From NCBI GenBank assembly GCA_015059365.1, contig SVAO01000001.1:216-64215 (forward strand): DNA of 64,000 nt. The letters are read 5' to 3'. A model generated the notes under the pieces. The model searched no databases and was not told where the DNA came from. It saw nothing but the letters and a program-made list of their open reading frames with translations. Position 1 is the stretch's first letter; each line of letters starts with the position of its first letter. Origin of the DNA: Bacillota bacterium. GTDB lineage: Bacteria; Bacillota_I; Bacilli_A; RF39; UBA660. Made by a program: the position numbers and the translations under genes. Of this stretch, positions 10,349 through 19,776 are shown one piece after another.

Positions 10349-11323
10349 TTACTTATTAATATTATTAACTGTTGTATTGTAAATATTTTTAATAGTTGAA
10401 TCGTTAATTGTTATATTATATTTTTCTCTGATTTCAGCCCATATTTTATATTCTAAATTAGTGTCTTTTTTTAATTTTTCATCAATTACTCCAGAATATA
10501 AAGTATTTTTGATGTCTTCAAATTTTTGTTTTTCAGTATGACTTACTTTATAAATAATATGGTAACCATATTCAGTTTTAACAGGTTCACTAGTATATTT
10601 TCCATTTTCTAAAGCATGTGCGGCATTATAGAATTCTGTAACATATCCTTCTTTAACAACATTATTAATAACACCACCATTATTTTTTGTTGCTTCATCA
10701 TCTGAATTTTCTTTGGCTAATTTATCAAAATCAGCACCTTCATTTAATTGTTTAATTATTTCTTTTGCTTTTTCTAAGGCTTCTTTTTCTGCTTTGGTTT
10801 TTTCATCTTTTGTAGCATCTTTACTAACTTCTGGTGCAATTAAAATGTGCTTAACTGATAATTCATCTGAAATATGTTCATCATAATATTTTTTTAAATC
10901 ATCTTCAGTTACTTTTTCTTTTAAGTATTTTTCAGTTACCTCATTTCTTTTATAATCAGTAACTAAAACTTCTTTAAAAGCTTGTTCATTTTCATAACCA
11001 GAACTAATTAATGCTGCGTTGAAATCTTCACCTGCATTTTTATAACTTGCTTTATATTGTGCTATAAGTGCATCAGCATAGTCATTAGCATCATCATTAT
11101 CTTTAATTTCTGTATTAATAATAAAGTCATCAATCATTGTAATCATAATGCTAGTTCCACCTTGACTTTTTAATTTGTCATATAATTCATTAGCAGTAAA
11201 ATCCCTCCCATTAATACTAGCAACAATTTCTTGACCATTTTCTAGTTTTGGTATTTGTTTACAACCAGTTAAAGTAATAAGTAAACATACACTTATTAAA
11301 CTTAATAATATTTTTTTCTTCAT
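10349..11323 (-). CDS. prsA: Foldase lipoprotein PrsA (parvulin PPIase)
   Basis: Lipobox LTGC, KHILI, FDKLAKENSDD, EPVKTEYGYHII. Confidence 0.93.
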   Translation of the reverse strand: MKKKILLSLISVCLLITLTGCKQIPKLENGQEIVASINGRDFTANELYDKLKSQGGTSIMITMIDDFIINTEIKDNDDANDYADALIAQYKASYKNAGEDFNAALISSGYENEQAFKEVLVTDYKRNEVTEKYLKEKVTEDDLKKYYDEHISDELSVKHILIAPEVSKDATKDEKTKAEKEALEKAKEIIKQLNEGADFDKLAKENSDDEATKNNGGVINNVVKEGYVTEFYNAAHALENGKYTSEPVKTEYGYHIIYKVSHTEKQKFEDIKNTLYSGVIDEKLKKDTNLEYKIWAEIREKYNITINDSTIKNIYNTTVNNINK

Positions 11324-11465
11324 TTTTAATTCTTCCTTTCAATTTTACATTTAATATCATAACAAAAAAAAACTAAAATTACAATAATTTTATGTATAAA
11401 CAATCACATATATTCAAAAATTCCATAAAATACTGTGAAAAGATAAAAAAAGGAGGATGATTCAT

Positions 11466-11552
11466 ATGTGTTGTAACAATGGTATATCAGGAGCAGCAAT
11501 CGTTTTAGTATTATTTATTCTTTTAATAATCATACTTGGAGCATACATCTAG
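11466..11552 (+). CDS. YjcZ/SscA-family small sporulation membrane peptide (28 aa)
   Basis: MCCNNGISGAAIVLVLFILLIIILGAYI; AGGAGG RBS; not in the ORF track. Confidence 0.85.
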   Translation: MCCNNGISGAAIVLVLFILLIIILGAYI

Positions 11553-11577
11553 AATAAAAAAATAGGAGGTTAGAATT

Positions 11578-11703
11578 ATGGCTTGTGAAAACAATTGTGA
11601 TAACCATACTCCAAAAAATAGATCTAATAATGATATAAATTATGTTGTAATTATAGTGTTATATATTTTGCTTGCGATCATTTTAGGAGCTGTGATTTTT
11701 TAA
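11578..11703 (+). CDS. Second YjcZ-like small membrane peptide (41 aa)
   Basis: MACENNCDNH...VVIIVLYILLAIILGAVIF; AGGAGG RBS; followed by a hairpin terminator. Confidence 0.75.
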   Translation: MACENNCDNHTPKNRSNNDINYVVIIVLYILLAIILGAVIF

Positions 11704-11761
11704 AAGAGGGGAACCTCTTTTTCTTTTTTTAAAAAATTGTTATAATAATTTTGGTGATTAG

Positions 11762-14215
11762 ATGAAAAAACATGATTTTAGAAACATTTTAATTTTATTA
11801 TCATTAGGTTTGTCAATTATATTAGGGATATTGTTATCTAATAATATTTTTGGTGCTAACATGGACTGGATTAACCAACATACAGTTATTCCAGAATATT
11901 TTAGAAATTATTTTTATAAAACCGGAAAATTAATTCCTGATGTTATATATAATTTAGGATTGGGTCAAAATGCATTTAATTTTTCTTACTATGGTTTACT
12001 TAGTCCGATAATATTGTTATCGTATTTGTTTCCTTTTCTAAATATGACAACATATGTAATCATTTCATCTATTATTATTTATTTATTAAGTATTTATTTA
12101 TTTTATAGATTTTTAAAACCGAAATTTGATATAAAACTAACAACTTTGCTTACGTTGATTTTTACTTGTGCTTCACCAGTTTTGTTTCATTTTCACAGGC
12201 AAGTTATGTTTGTTAATTATTTACCATTTTTAATTATGGCATTAATTAATATAGATAATTATCAAAAAATTAGTAATAAAATATTTTTAGTTTTAAATAT
12301 TTTATGTATGATATTTACAAGTTATTACTTCAGTGTTAGTGGTATCTTGGTAATTTTCATTTATTATATTTTTGTGAATTTTGAAGAACCTATTAAGAAT
12401 AAATTCCGTATTGTAATACCAATTGTGATAAGTATTTTAATTTCGTCAATTTTACTATTGCCAAGTTTACTTGCGATATTAAACGGAAGAGTATCAGGAG
12501 AAAATGTTCTGAATTTAGTAGAATTATTTATACCAAACTTTAATTACAGTAGTATTTTATATGGTTCATATGCATTAGGGTTATTTAGTATTTTTATAAT
12601 AAGTATCGTTTATTTAATATTAAATAAAGATAAAAAATTTAAGTTTTTAGGTATAACATTATTAGTGTTAATCACATTTCCTATATTCAGATACTTATTA
12701 AATGGCGGATTATATGTTAGAAGTAAGATTTTGATCCCTTTTATTCCTATGTTTATTTTGATATTAGGCGTTTTTTTGAATGATTTATTCACTCAAAAAA
12801 TAGAGTTAAAAAAACTGATGATTCCTTTTTTAATACTTTTAATTCTAGGATTGCTTAAATTCCATTTAGTATATTATCTTGATTTAATTGCGACAATGTT
12901 AATACTATTAATTTATGTTAAATTTAAGAAGTCATATATTATAGTAATTCCTTTAATTTTACTTTCCATTATTACAATTGTTACTAGTAATATAGATGAA
13001 GATTATGTTAGTTTGGATGAATACCAAACATTAACTCAAAATCAAAATATTATTGATAAGTTGCTAGAAACTGATGCTTCTTTTTATCGCGTTGCAGAAT
13101 TAGATAATACTTTATACAATGTAAATAGAAATTTCTTAAATAATCATTATAAAACATCGGTTTATTCATCAACAATCAATAATAATTATAAAAGTTTTTA
13201 TTATGATGTTTTGAAGTTAAATAACAATAATTACAATAATTTAATATTAAGGGATACGAACAACATTATTTTTAACAGTTTAGTAGGAGTAAAATACATT
13301 ATAAGTGATAATGAGTTAGGATATGGATATTCTAAAATAAGTGATAAAATTTATCAAAATGATTATGCATTCTCGCTAGGATATGCTTCTAATAATATTT
13401 ATAGTTTAGAGTTGTTTAATAACACCAAATATCCTTATAATTTAAAATATTTAATGAATGGGATTGTGGTAGATGAAGGCAACTTTAATGAGATACAAGA
13501 TATAGTTTATGAATATGATTTTGATTTATTAAATTCATTATTAAATAAATTTCCATATGAGATAAAAGATGGTGCCTATTATATTGAAGTTGCACATGAT
13601 GACAGCTTTGATATTGAGTTAGACACTGAATTAGATAATAAATTATTATTTATAACAATTGAAGGTTTAGAATCTAATAGTTGTAGTATTGATGACATTT
13701 CAATTTCTATAAATAATCAAGAGAATAGTTTAAGTTGTTCATCTTGGTTATATCATAATCAAAATTATAATTTTAATTATTTAATTAATGAAGAAAAACT
13801 AAATAAATTAAATATTTTTATAAAAAAGGGTACTTATAAAATTGATTCTATAAAATTATATACTATGGATATTAAATATTTAAGTAACAATTTTGATCAA
13901 ATGTTTAATATTAATATTTATGATAATAAGATTACCGGAGAAATAAATGTAACAAGTGATGGTTATATGACTTTAACACTTCCGTTTGATAATTCATTTA
14001 ATGTATTCGTAGATGGCAAACAAGTAGATTTTGAAATGACAAATACTGCATTTATAGGATTTAAAATAACAAAGGGATATCATAATATTGAAATTGTTTA
14101 TAAAGCAAAAGGATTAGTTTTAGGTTCATGGCTATCTGGATTTGGTTTACTATTATTTGGAATATATTTGATAATGATGTTGAAATCAAAGAATAAGTTT
14201 GTTAAAATTAAATAG
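11762..14215 (+). CDS. YfhO-family membrane glycosyltransferase
   Basis: DWINQH, LGLGQN..YYGLLSP, many TMs, TSVYSS, GVKYII, LTLPFD...AFIGFKITKGYHNIEIVY. Confidence 0.88.
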   Translation: MKKHDFRNILILLSLGLSIILGILLSNNIFGANMDWINQHTVIPEYFRNYFYKTGKLIPDVIYNLGLGQNAFNFSYYGLLSPIILLSYLFPFLNMTTYVIISSIIIYLLSIYLFYRFLKPKFDIKLTTLLTLIFTCASPVLFHFHRQVMFVNYLPFLIMALINIDNYQKISNKIFLVLNILCMIFTSYYFSVSGILVIFIYYIFVNFEEPIKNKFRIVIPIVISILISSILLLPSLLAILNGRVSGENVLNLVELFIPNFNYSSILYGSYALGLFSIFIISIVYLILNKDKKFKFLGITLLVLITFPIFRYLLNGGLYVRSKILIPFIPMFILILGVFLNDLFTQKIELKKLMIPFLILLILGLLKFHLVYYLDLIATMLILLIYVKFKKSYIIVIPLILLSIITIVTSNIDEDYVSLDEYQTLTQNQNIIDKLLETDASFYRVAELDNTLYNVNRNFLNNHYKTSVYSSTINNNYKSFYYDVLKLNNNNYNNLILRDTNNIIFNSLVGVKYIISDNELGYGYSKISDKIYQNDYAFSLGYASNNIYSLELFNNTKYPYNLKYLMNGIVVDEGNFNEIQDIVYEYDFDLLNSLLNKFPYEIKDGAYYIEVAHDDSFDIELDTELDNKLLFITIEGLESNSCSIDDISISINNQENSLSCSSWLYHNQNYNFNYLINEEKLNKLNIFIKKGTYKIDSIKLYTMDIKYLSNNFDQMFNINIYDNKITGEINVTSDGYMTLTLPFDNSFNVFVDGKQVDFEMTNTAFIGFKITKGYHNIEIVYKAKGLVLGSWLSGFGLLLFGIYLIMMLKSKNKFVKIK

Positions 14216-14223
14216 GTGGTAGT

Positions 14224-14760
14224 ATGACAGAAACAGATAAAATTTATTTGGCAATAACAGAAACAATGAAAAAATACAGTGTAGAACAAGTTATTGAAGC
14301 ACTAAAAAAATATGTCACTGAAGGTAATCCTGTTTATTTTACAAGTTCAAATAGTGCTAGAAACACTATTCAGGAATTAAGTCCTGCAGAAGTAATGAAA
14401 AATGCTTTAATTAGTAATATAAAATATGAACAAATTATTAGAGAAAAAGGTTATGCACAAGAAATACCTAATTCCAAAGTCATCGAAAAAGCAATTGATA
14501 GTTACCGTATGGGAAAGACAATAGATATTAAATTGTCATCTGTAGATTTAACCGCACTAATTATTACAATGTGTAATAATAATGTTTCTGATGTGATTCA
14601 ATTGTTGGCTCAAAATCCAGGTGTTTTAGAAAGTTTTTTAGCCCAATATTCATTGATTGTGTGTAATCATCGTAATGATTTAAATATGATTCCAAATGAG
14701 CAATTTGTAAATATCAATGAATATTTTGCCCAATTTGAACCAAAGCATAAAACAGTTTAA
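14224..14760 (+). CDS. Hypothetical protein
   Basis: 178-aa ORF with AGGTGG RBS. Confidence 0.75.
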   Translation: MTETDKIYLAITETMKKYSVEQVIEALKKYVTEGNPVYFTSSNSARNTIQELSPAEVMKNALISNIKYEQIIREKGYAQEIPNSKVIEKAIDSYRMGKTIDIKLSSVDLTALIITMCNNNVSDVIQLLAQNPGVLESFLAQYSLIVCNHRNDLNMIPNEQFVNINEYFAQFEPKHKTV

Positions 14761-14826
14761 AATTATTAACAAGATTGAAAAGAAGCAAAAAGTCTTCTTT
14801 TTTTCATATGCTTTATTGGTGATACT

Positions 14827-15477
14827 ATGTTTTTAATTGCACATCGAGCTAATGATAATCATGATTTTAGTGAGAACAGTCAGAATGCAATTGTTGATTG
14901 TTTAAATAAGGATTATATAAATGGAATAGAAATCGATGTAAGAATAACAAAGGATAGAGAATTAGTTCTTATTCATGATCCAATTATAGATTTTATTAGT
15001 AATGGGCATGGTATTGTTAAATATATGATGTTAAACGAACTAAGAAAGTATCAATATGGCAAGAGTAAAGAACCTTTAGTTACTTTAGAAGAAGTTTTGA
15101 AAAAATATACTGATAAAATTTTATTAATTGAATTAAAAGAAATAGGTAATGACTATATTTTGTTAGCTACTGAACTTGTTAAATTATTAAATAAATATCC
15201 CGATATTGATGTTTATATTTGTAGTTTTAACTTTCGGTTGTTAAATTATTTAAAAAACAATTATCCATATATAAAGTGTGGATTAATTATCGGTTATGGA
15301 TTAAACAAACTAAATATTAACAATACATTTGATTTTTTAGTTGTATCTTCAAATAATTTACATTTGTTAAATAAAAAAGATAGTATTTTTGTTTTTGGTT
15401 TAAAGAAAGAAGATTTGAATAAAATAACGAAAGATATATATTTAATAACTGATAAAAGTTATAGATTGTCAAAATGA
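14827..15477 (+). CDS. Glycerophosphodiester phosphodiesterase family protein
   Basis: IAHRA, SENS, IEIDVRITKD..VLIHD, LIELK. Confidence 0.9.
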   Translation: MFLIAHRANDNHDFSENSQNAIVDCLNKDYINGIEIDVRITKDRELVLIHDPIIDFISNGHGIVKYMMLNELRKYQYGKSKEPLVTLEEVLKKYTDKILLIELKEIGNDYILLATELVKLLNKYPDIDVYICSFNFRLLNYLKNNYPYIKCGLIIGYGLNKLNINNTFDFLVVSSNNLHLLNKKDSIFVFGLKKEDLNKITKDIYLITDKSYRLSK

Positions 15478-15515
15478 TAAAGTAATGTTAAAATAGAGCT
15501 TGTTTGAGGTGGATT

Positions 15516-15956
15516 ATGGATAATATATTTGAACAAAAACGACTTTTATCATTAAAAATTAAAATAGCAAGATTAAAAATTGGAAAAAAATTGCTTTTAG
15601 GGGAAATTACTTTAGATGATTTAGTTGGCTTATATCAAAACAAAAATAATTATGGTTTAGAGCAGGTGACTACAAAAAAAGAAAAACAGTTACAAGAAAT
15701 ATTTAACTGTCCATTTTTGCTTTGTGATCAAGATTGTTTAGATTGGTCTTTCAAGAAGGAGTTGCCAAAAATTTTAAGTATTAGATATGGTGCTGAGTTG
15801 GGAGAACTTAGATATTGTTATACTGCGGGGTATATTACTAAAGAGGAATATAAAGAACAAAGAGATTTAATAAAATATAGTTATTATTATACTTCTGAAG
15901 AGGGTCAATATATTTTAAGACGTGGACACATGAAAAATATATCTGAAAAAAAATAA
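15516..15956 (+). CDS. Hypothetical protein
   Basis: 146-aa ORF, GAGGTGG RBS, own -10 (TAAAAT). Confidence 0.7.
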   Translation: MDNIFEQKRLLSLKIKIARLKIGKKLLLGEITLDDLVGLYQNKNNYGLEQVTTKKEKQLQEIFNCPFLLCDQDCLDWSFKKELPKILSIRYGAELGELRYCYTAGYITKEEYKEQRDLIKYSYYYTSEEGQYILRRGHMKNISEKK

Positions 15957-15998
15957 GTTTTGTTTTTATTAAAAATATGATATAATTATTTTATTAGA

Positions 15999-16205
15999 GG
16001 CGAGGATAAAGAAGTAGTAATAAATTGATACTTTCTAGAGAGTTCGTGGATGGTGTAAACGAATGAGTTAGATTTATGAATTCGTCTTTTGAGCTATATA
16101 AATGTTATTTATATCGGTAACGCGTTATAGTTTTGAGATAGTTTTTACTATAAATTAAGGTGGTACCACGTATAATCACGTCCTTATCTAGGATGTGATT
16201 TTTAT
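15999..16205 (+). promoter_or_regulatory. T-box riboswitch (Phe)
   Basis: AGAGAG/GGTG apical motifs, specifier TTC at 16081-16083, AAGGTGGTACCACG T-box, terminator atcacgtcct..aggatgtgat+T run. Confidence 0.93.
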
Positions 16206-16221
16206 TTTAAGGAGGAATAGT

Positions 16222-17268
16222 ATGATAGAAAAATTAGAACAATTATGTGAACTTGTTTTACATGAAGTTGATGAAGCACAAGATTTAAAAACAGTTAATG
16301 ATTTAAGAGTTACATATTTAGGAAAGAAGAGTCCTATTCAAGAATTAAGCCAAGAAATGAGAAATTTAAGCATTGAAGAAAAGAAAGTTTTTGGAAAAAC
16401 ATTGAATGAGGTAACAACAAAACTTAATAATGCTATTGAAGAAAAAAGAAGTGTTTTAGAGGCAATTGAATTAAATAACAAATTAGAAAGTGAAAGCATA
16501 GATATTAGTTTACCTGCTACTAAAGTTAATTTAGGAACCCCTAATATTTTGGAAAGAATTATTGAGGAAATTGAAGAATTATTAATTTCGATGGGATATG
16601 ATGTGGTAGATGGTCCTGAAATAGAAGAAGATAGATTTAATTTTGAACTTTTAAATATTCCTAAAGGACATCCTGCTAGAGATGCTCAAGATACATTTTA
16701 TCTTGAAGATGAAAAAATATTACTTAGAAGTCAAACCTCTCCAGTTCAAGCTCGAGTAATGCTTGAAAATAAGGGGCAAAAACCAATTCGAATGATATGC
16801 CCAGGAAAAACATATCGTAGAGATAATGATGATGCAACACATTCACATCAATTTATGCAAATAGAAGGATTATTGGTTGATAAGAATGTAAGTTTATCTG
16901 ACTTAAAAGGAACAATAGATGTAATTGTTAAAAAATTATTTGGTGAAACAATTGAAACACGTTTTAGACCAAGTTATTACCAATTTACAGAACCATCAGT
17001 AGAAGTCGATATAAGTTGTTTTAATTGCCATGGAGATGGATGTAATATTTGTAAAAGTTCTGGTTGGATTACGGTTGCAGGTGCTGGAATAGTTCATCCA
17101 AATGTACTTAGAAATTGTGGTTATAATCCAGAAGAATGGACTGGATTCGCATTTGGCTTTGGGGCAGAAAGACTTGCAATGTTAAAGTATGGAATTAACG
17201 ATATTAGAGTTTTCTATTCTACTGATTTAAGAGAATTAAAAACATTTGATAGAAAGGATAATGATTAA
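16222..17268 (+). CDS. pheS: Phenylalanine-tRNA ligase alpha subunit
   Basis: HPARDAQDTFY, LRSQTSPVQ, YRRD.DDATHSHQF, FTEPS, GFAFGFG. Confidence 0.98.
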   Translation: MIEKLEQLCELVLHEVDEAQDLKTVNDLRVTYLGKKSPIQELSQEMRNLSIEEKKVFGKTLNEVTTKLNNAIEEKRSVLEAIELNNKLESESIDISLPATKVNLGTPNILERIIEEIEELLISMGYDVVDGPEIEEDRFNFELLNIPKGHPARDAQDTFYLEDEKILLRSQTSPVQARVMLENKGQKPIRMICPGKTYRRDNDDATHSHQFMQIEGLLVDKNVSLSDLKGTIDVIVKKLFGETIETRFRPSYYQFTEPSVEVDISCFNCHGDGCNICKSSGWITVAGAGIVHPNVLRNCGYNPEEWTGFAFGFGAERLAMLKYGINDIRVFYSTDLRELKTFDRKDND

Positions 17269-17269
17269 T

Positions 17270-19642
17270 ATGATTAGTTTAAATTGGGTAAAAGATTATA
17301 TTGATATTGAATCTGAAAATTTAAAAGAATTGGCGGTCAAAATTACTAAAGCAGGTATTAATGTAGAAAAAGTTATTACTAATCATATTGATAATTTAGT
17401 AATTGGTGAGGTTTTAGAATGTGTTGAACACCCTGATAGCGATCACTTACATGTTTGTAAAGTAAATGTTGGTAATGAAACAATTCAAATTGTCTGTGGT
17501 GCTTCTAATGTTAGAGCAGGATTAAAAGTTATTGTTGCACTTCCAGGGGCTATTCTTCCGGGAGATTTTGAAATCAAAAAAGGTAAAATTCGTGGAGTAG
17601 AATCTAATGGTATGATTTGTGCACTATTTGAATTGGGATTGGAAGAAAAGACTGAAGAAAATTATAATAAAGGAATTACTGAACTTAATAGTGATGCAAT
17701 TCCGGGAGAAGATCCTATGAAATATTTAGGATTAGATGATACGGTTTATGAATTAGATGTACATAAACATAGAAATAATGATTGCTATTATCATATTGGT
17801 TTTGCCTATGAAATAGCAGCAGTATTAAATAAAAAAGTAACATTACCAGAAAGTGCTACTAATCCAATTAGTGATGATGTTAATAATTACTTTAACCTAA
17901 AGGTGGAAACACCTAAATGTCCATACTATTTAGCAAAAATGGTACGTGACGTAAGAATAGGAGAATCTCCAGAATTTATTAAGAAAAGATTATTAGCTGC
18001 AGGCATGAGACCGATAAATAATGTTGTAGATATTTCTAATTACGTAATGTTAGAATATGGTCAACCTCTACATTTTTTTGATAAAGATAAACTTGGAAAT
18101 AACGTTTTAGTAAGAGATGCATATGAAGGGGAACAAATTACTACATTAGATGGAAAAGAAAGAACGTTAAAATCTAGCGATATAGTTATTACTGATGGAG
18201 AAAAACCTGTATGTGTTGCTGGTGTAATGGGTGGATTAAATACTGATGTTGATGGAAACACAAAAGACATATTAATTGAAAGTGCTATATTTGAAGCAAC
18301 AAGTATTAGATATACTGCAGAACATTTAAATTTAAAAAGTGAAGCTTCTATTCGTTATGGTAAGGGGTTAAATTATGAATACACTTTATCTGCAATTGAA
18401 AGAGCGTGTCATTTGCTAGAAAAATATGCGGGAGCTAAAGTTCTTACTGGGATTGTTAAACACGATACTTTAGAAAAGAATGAAAAGAAAGTTACATTTA
18501 ATCCTAATGATATTAATAAAATGCTTGGAATAAATATTTCAGAGGATGATATGAAAGTGGAACTTAATAGGTTAGATTTTCCATTTGAATTAGAAAACGG
18601 TTTATTTACTGTAACTATTCCTAATCGTAGATTAGATATTGAATCAAATGTTAATGATATTGCTGAAGAAATAGGTAGACTTTATGGATACCACAATTTG
18701 GTTTCAACACTTCCAAGTGGAGAAATTAGAAGAGGACAATATGTTGGAGATGTTAAATATCGTAAATTGATTTCTAAACGTTTAAGAAGTTTAGGCTTAA
18801 ATGAGTCAAAAACGTATACATTAGTAAGTAGTGAAATGGCTAAAATGTTTAAATATGATAACGCAATCAACATAGATTTGCCAAATTATATGAGCGTTGA
18901 TAAAGCTGTTGTTAGAACTTCATTAATTCCTTCATTGTTAAAGATTTATGAATATAATAAAGCAAGAAAAGTGAATGATATTTTGCTTTATGAAATAAGC
19001 AAGGTATACGATAAAGACTATAATGAAGACACTAAAGTATCAATCCTTATGAAAGGTTCTTATTTGACTAATAACTGGCAAAATAATAATACAAAAGTAG
19101 ATTTTTACTTAGTTAAAGGAATTGTTGAAAATTTACTTGATTATTTAGGATTAAAAAACAGATATACATTTGAAAAAGATTTAATAAATGACTTACATCC
19201 AGGAATATGTGCAAAAATTATGATAGATAGACAACCTGCCGGAATTATTGGTAGAGTTCATCCAAATGTACATAAAGATGAAATTTATGTTGTTGAATTA
19301 TCTATGAAATCATTAATGAAAAATATTAAACCCATTAAATTTAAAGAGGCATCTAAATATCCAACAGTTACTAAAGATATGGCATTTATTATTAATAAAA
19401 AAGTACCATCAAGCGATATTTTAGAAGTTATCAAAAGAGTAGGTAGTAGATTACTTACAGATATTGATGTGTTTGATGTTTATGTTGGAGAAAATGTTGG
19501 TAGTGATGAAAAATCAATTGCTTATACTTTAACATTCGCAGATCCAACAAGAACTCTTTCGGATGATGAAGTAAATGAATTATTTAAAAGAATTATTTCA
19601 GAAGTTGAAATTAAAACAGGTGCTAGATTAAGAGATAAATAA
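17270..19642 (+). CDS. pheT: Phenylalanine-tRNA ligase beta subunit
   Basis: HPDSDHL, IVCGASN, RGVESNGMIC, NNVVDISNYVMLEYGQPLH, EEIGRLYGY. Confidence 0.98.
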   Translation: MISLNWVKDYIDIESENLKELAVKITKAGINVEKVITNHIDNLVIGEVLECVEHPDSDHLHVCKVNVGNETIQIVCGASNVRAGLKVIVALPGAILPGDFEIKKGKIRGVESNGMICALFELGLEEKTEENYNKGITELNSDAIPGEDPMKYLGLDDTVYELDVHKHRNNDCYYHIGFAYEIAAVLNKKVTLPESATNPISDDVNNYFNLKVETPKCPYYLAKMVRDVRIGESPEFIKKRLLAAGMRPINNVVDISNYVMLEYGQPLHFFDKDKLGNNVLVRDAYEGEQITTLDGKERTLKSSDIVITDGEKPVCVAGVMGGLNTDVDGNTKDILIESAIFEATSIRYTAEHLNLKSEASIRYGKGLNYEYTLSAIERACHLLEKYAGAKVLTGIVKHDTLEKNEKKVTFNPNDINKMLGINISEDDMKVELNRLDFPFELENGLFTVTIPNRRLDIESNVNDIAEEIGRLYGYHNLVSTLPSGEIRRGQYVGDVKYRKLISKRLRSLGLNESKTYTLVSSEMAKMFKYDNAINIDLPNYMSVDKAVVRTSLIPSLLKIYEYNKARKVNDILLYEISKVYDKDYNEDTKVSILMKGSYLTNNWQNNNTKVDFYLVKGIVENLLDYLGLKNRYTFEKDLINDLHPGICAKIMIDRQPAGIIGRVHPNVHKDEIYVVELSMKSLMKNIKPIKFKEASKYPTVTKDMAFIINKKVPSSDILEVIKRVGSRLLTDIDVFDVYVGENVGSDEKSIAYTLTFADPTRTLSDDEVNELFKRIISEVEIKTGARLRDK

Positions 19643-19685
19643 AAGTAGATAAAGTAAATTTATTGGATATGTAATATTAATACTT

Positions 19686-19712
19686 AGAATATCTTCGGAT
19701 ATTCTTTTTTTT
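19686..19712 (+). terminator. Intrinsic terminator after pheT (copy 1 of a 27-bp direct repeat)
   Basis: AGAATATC-TTCG-GATATTCT+T7, cUUCGg-loop hairpin. Confidence 0.9.
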
Positions 19713-19776
19713 AAAATTAATATTAATTGACAAAAATAGATATTATGTGATATTAATTATCATAGGAGATGGTAAC

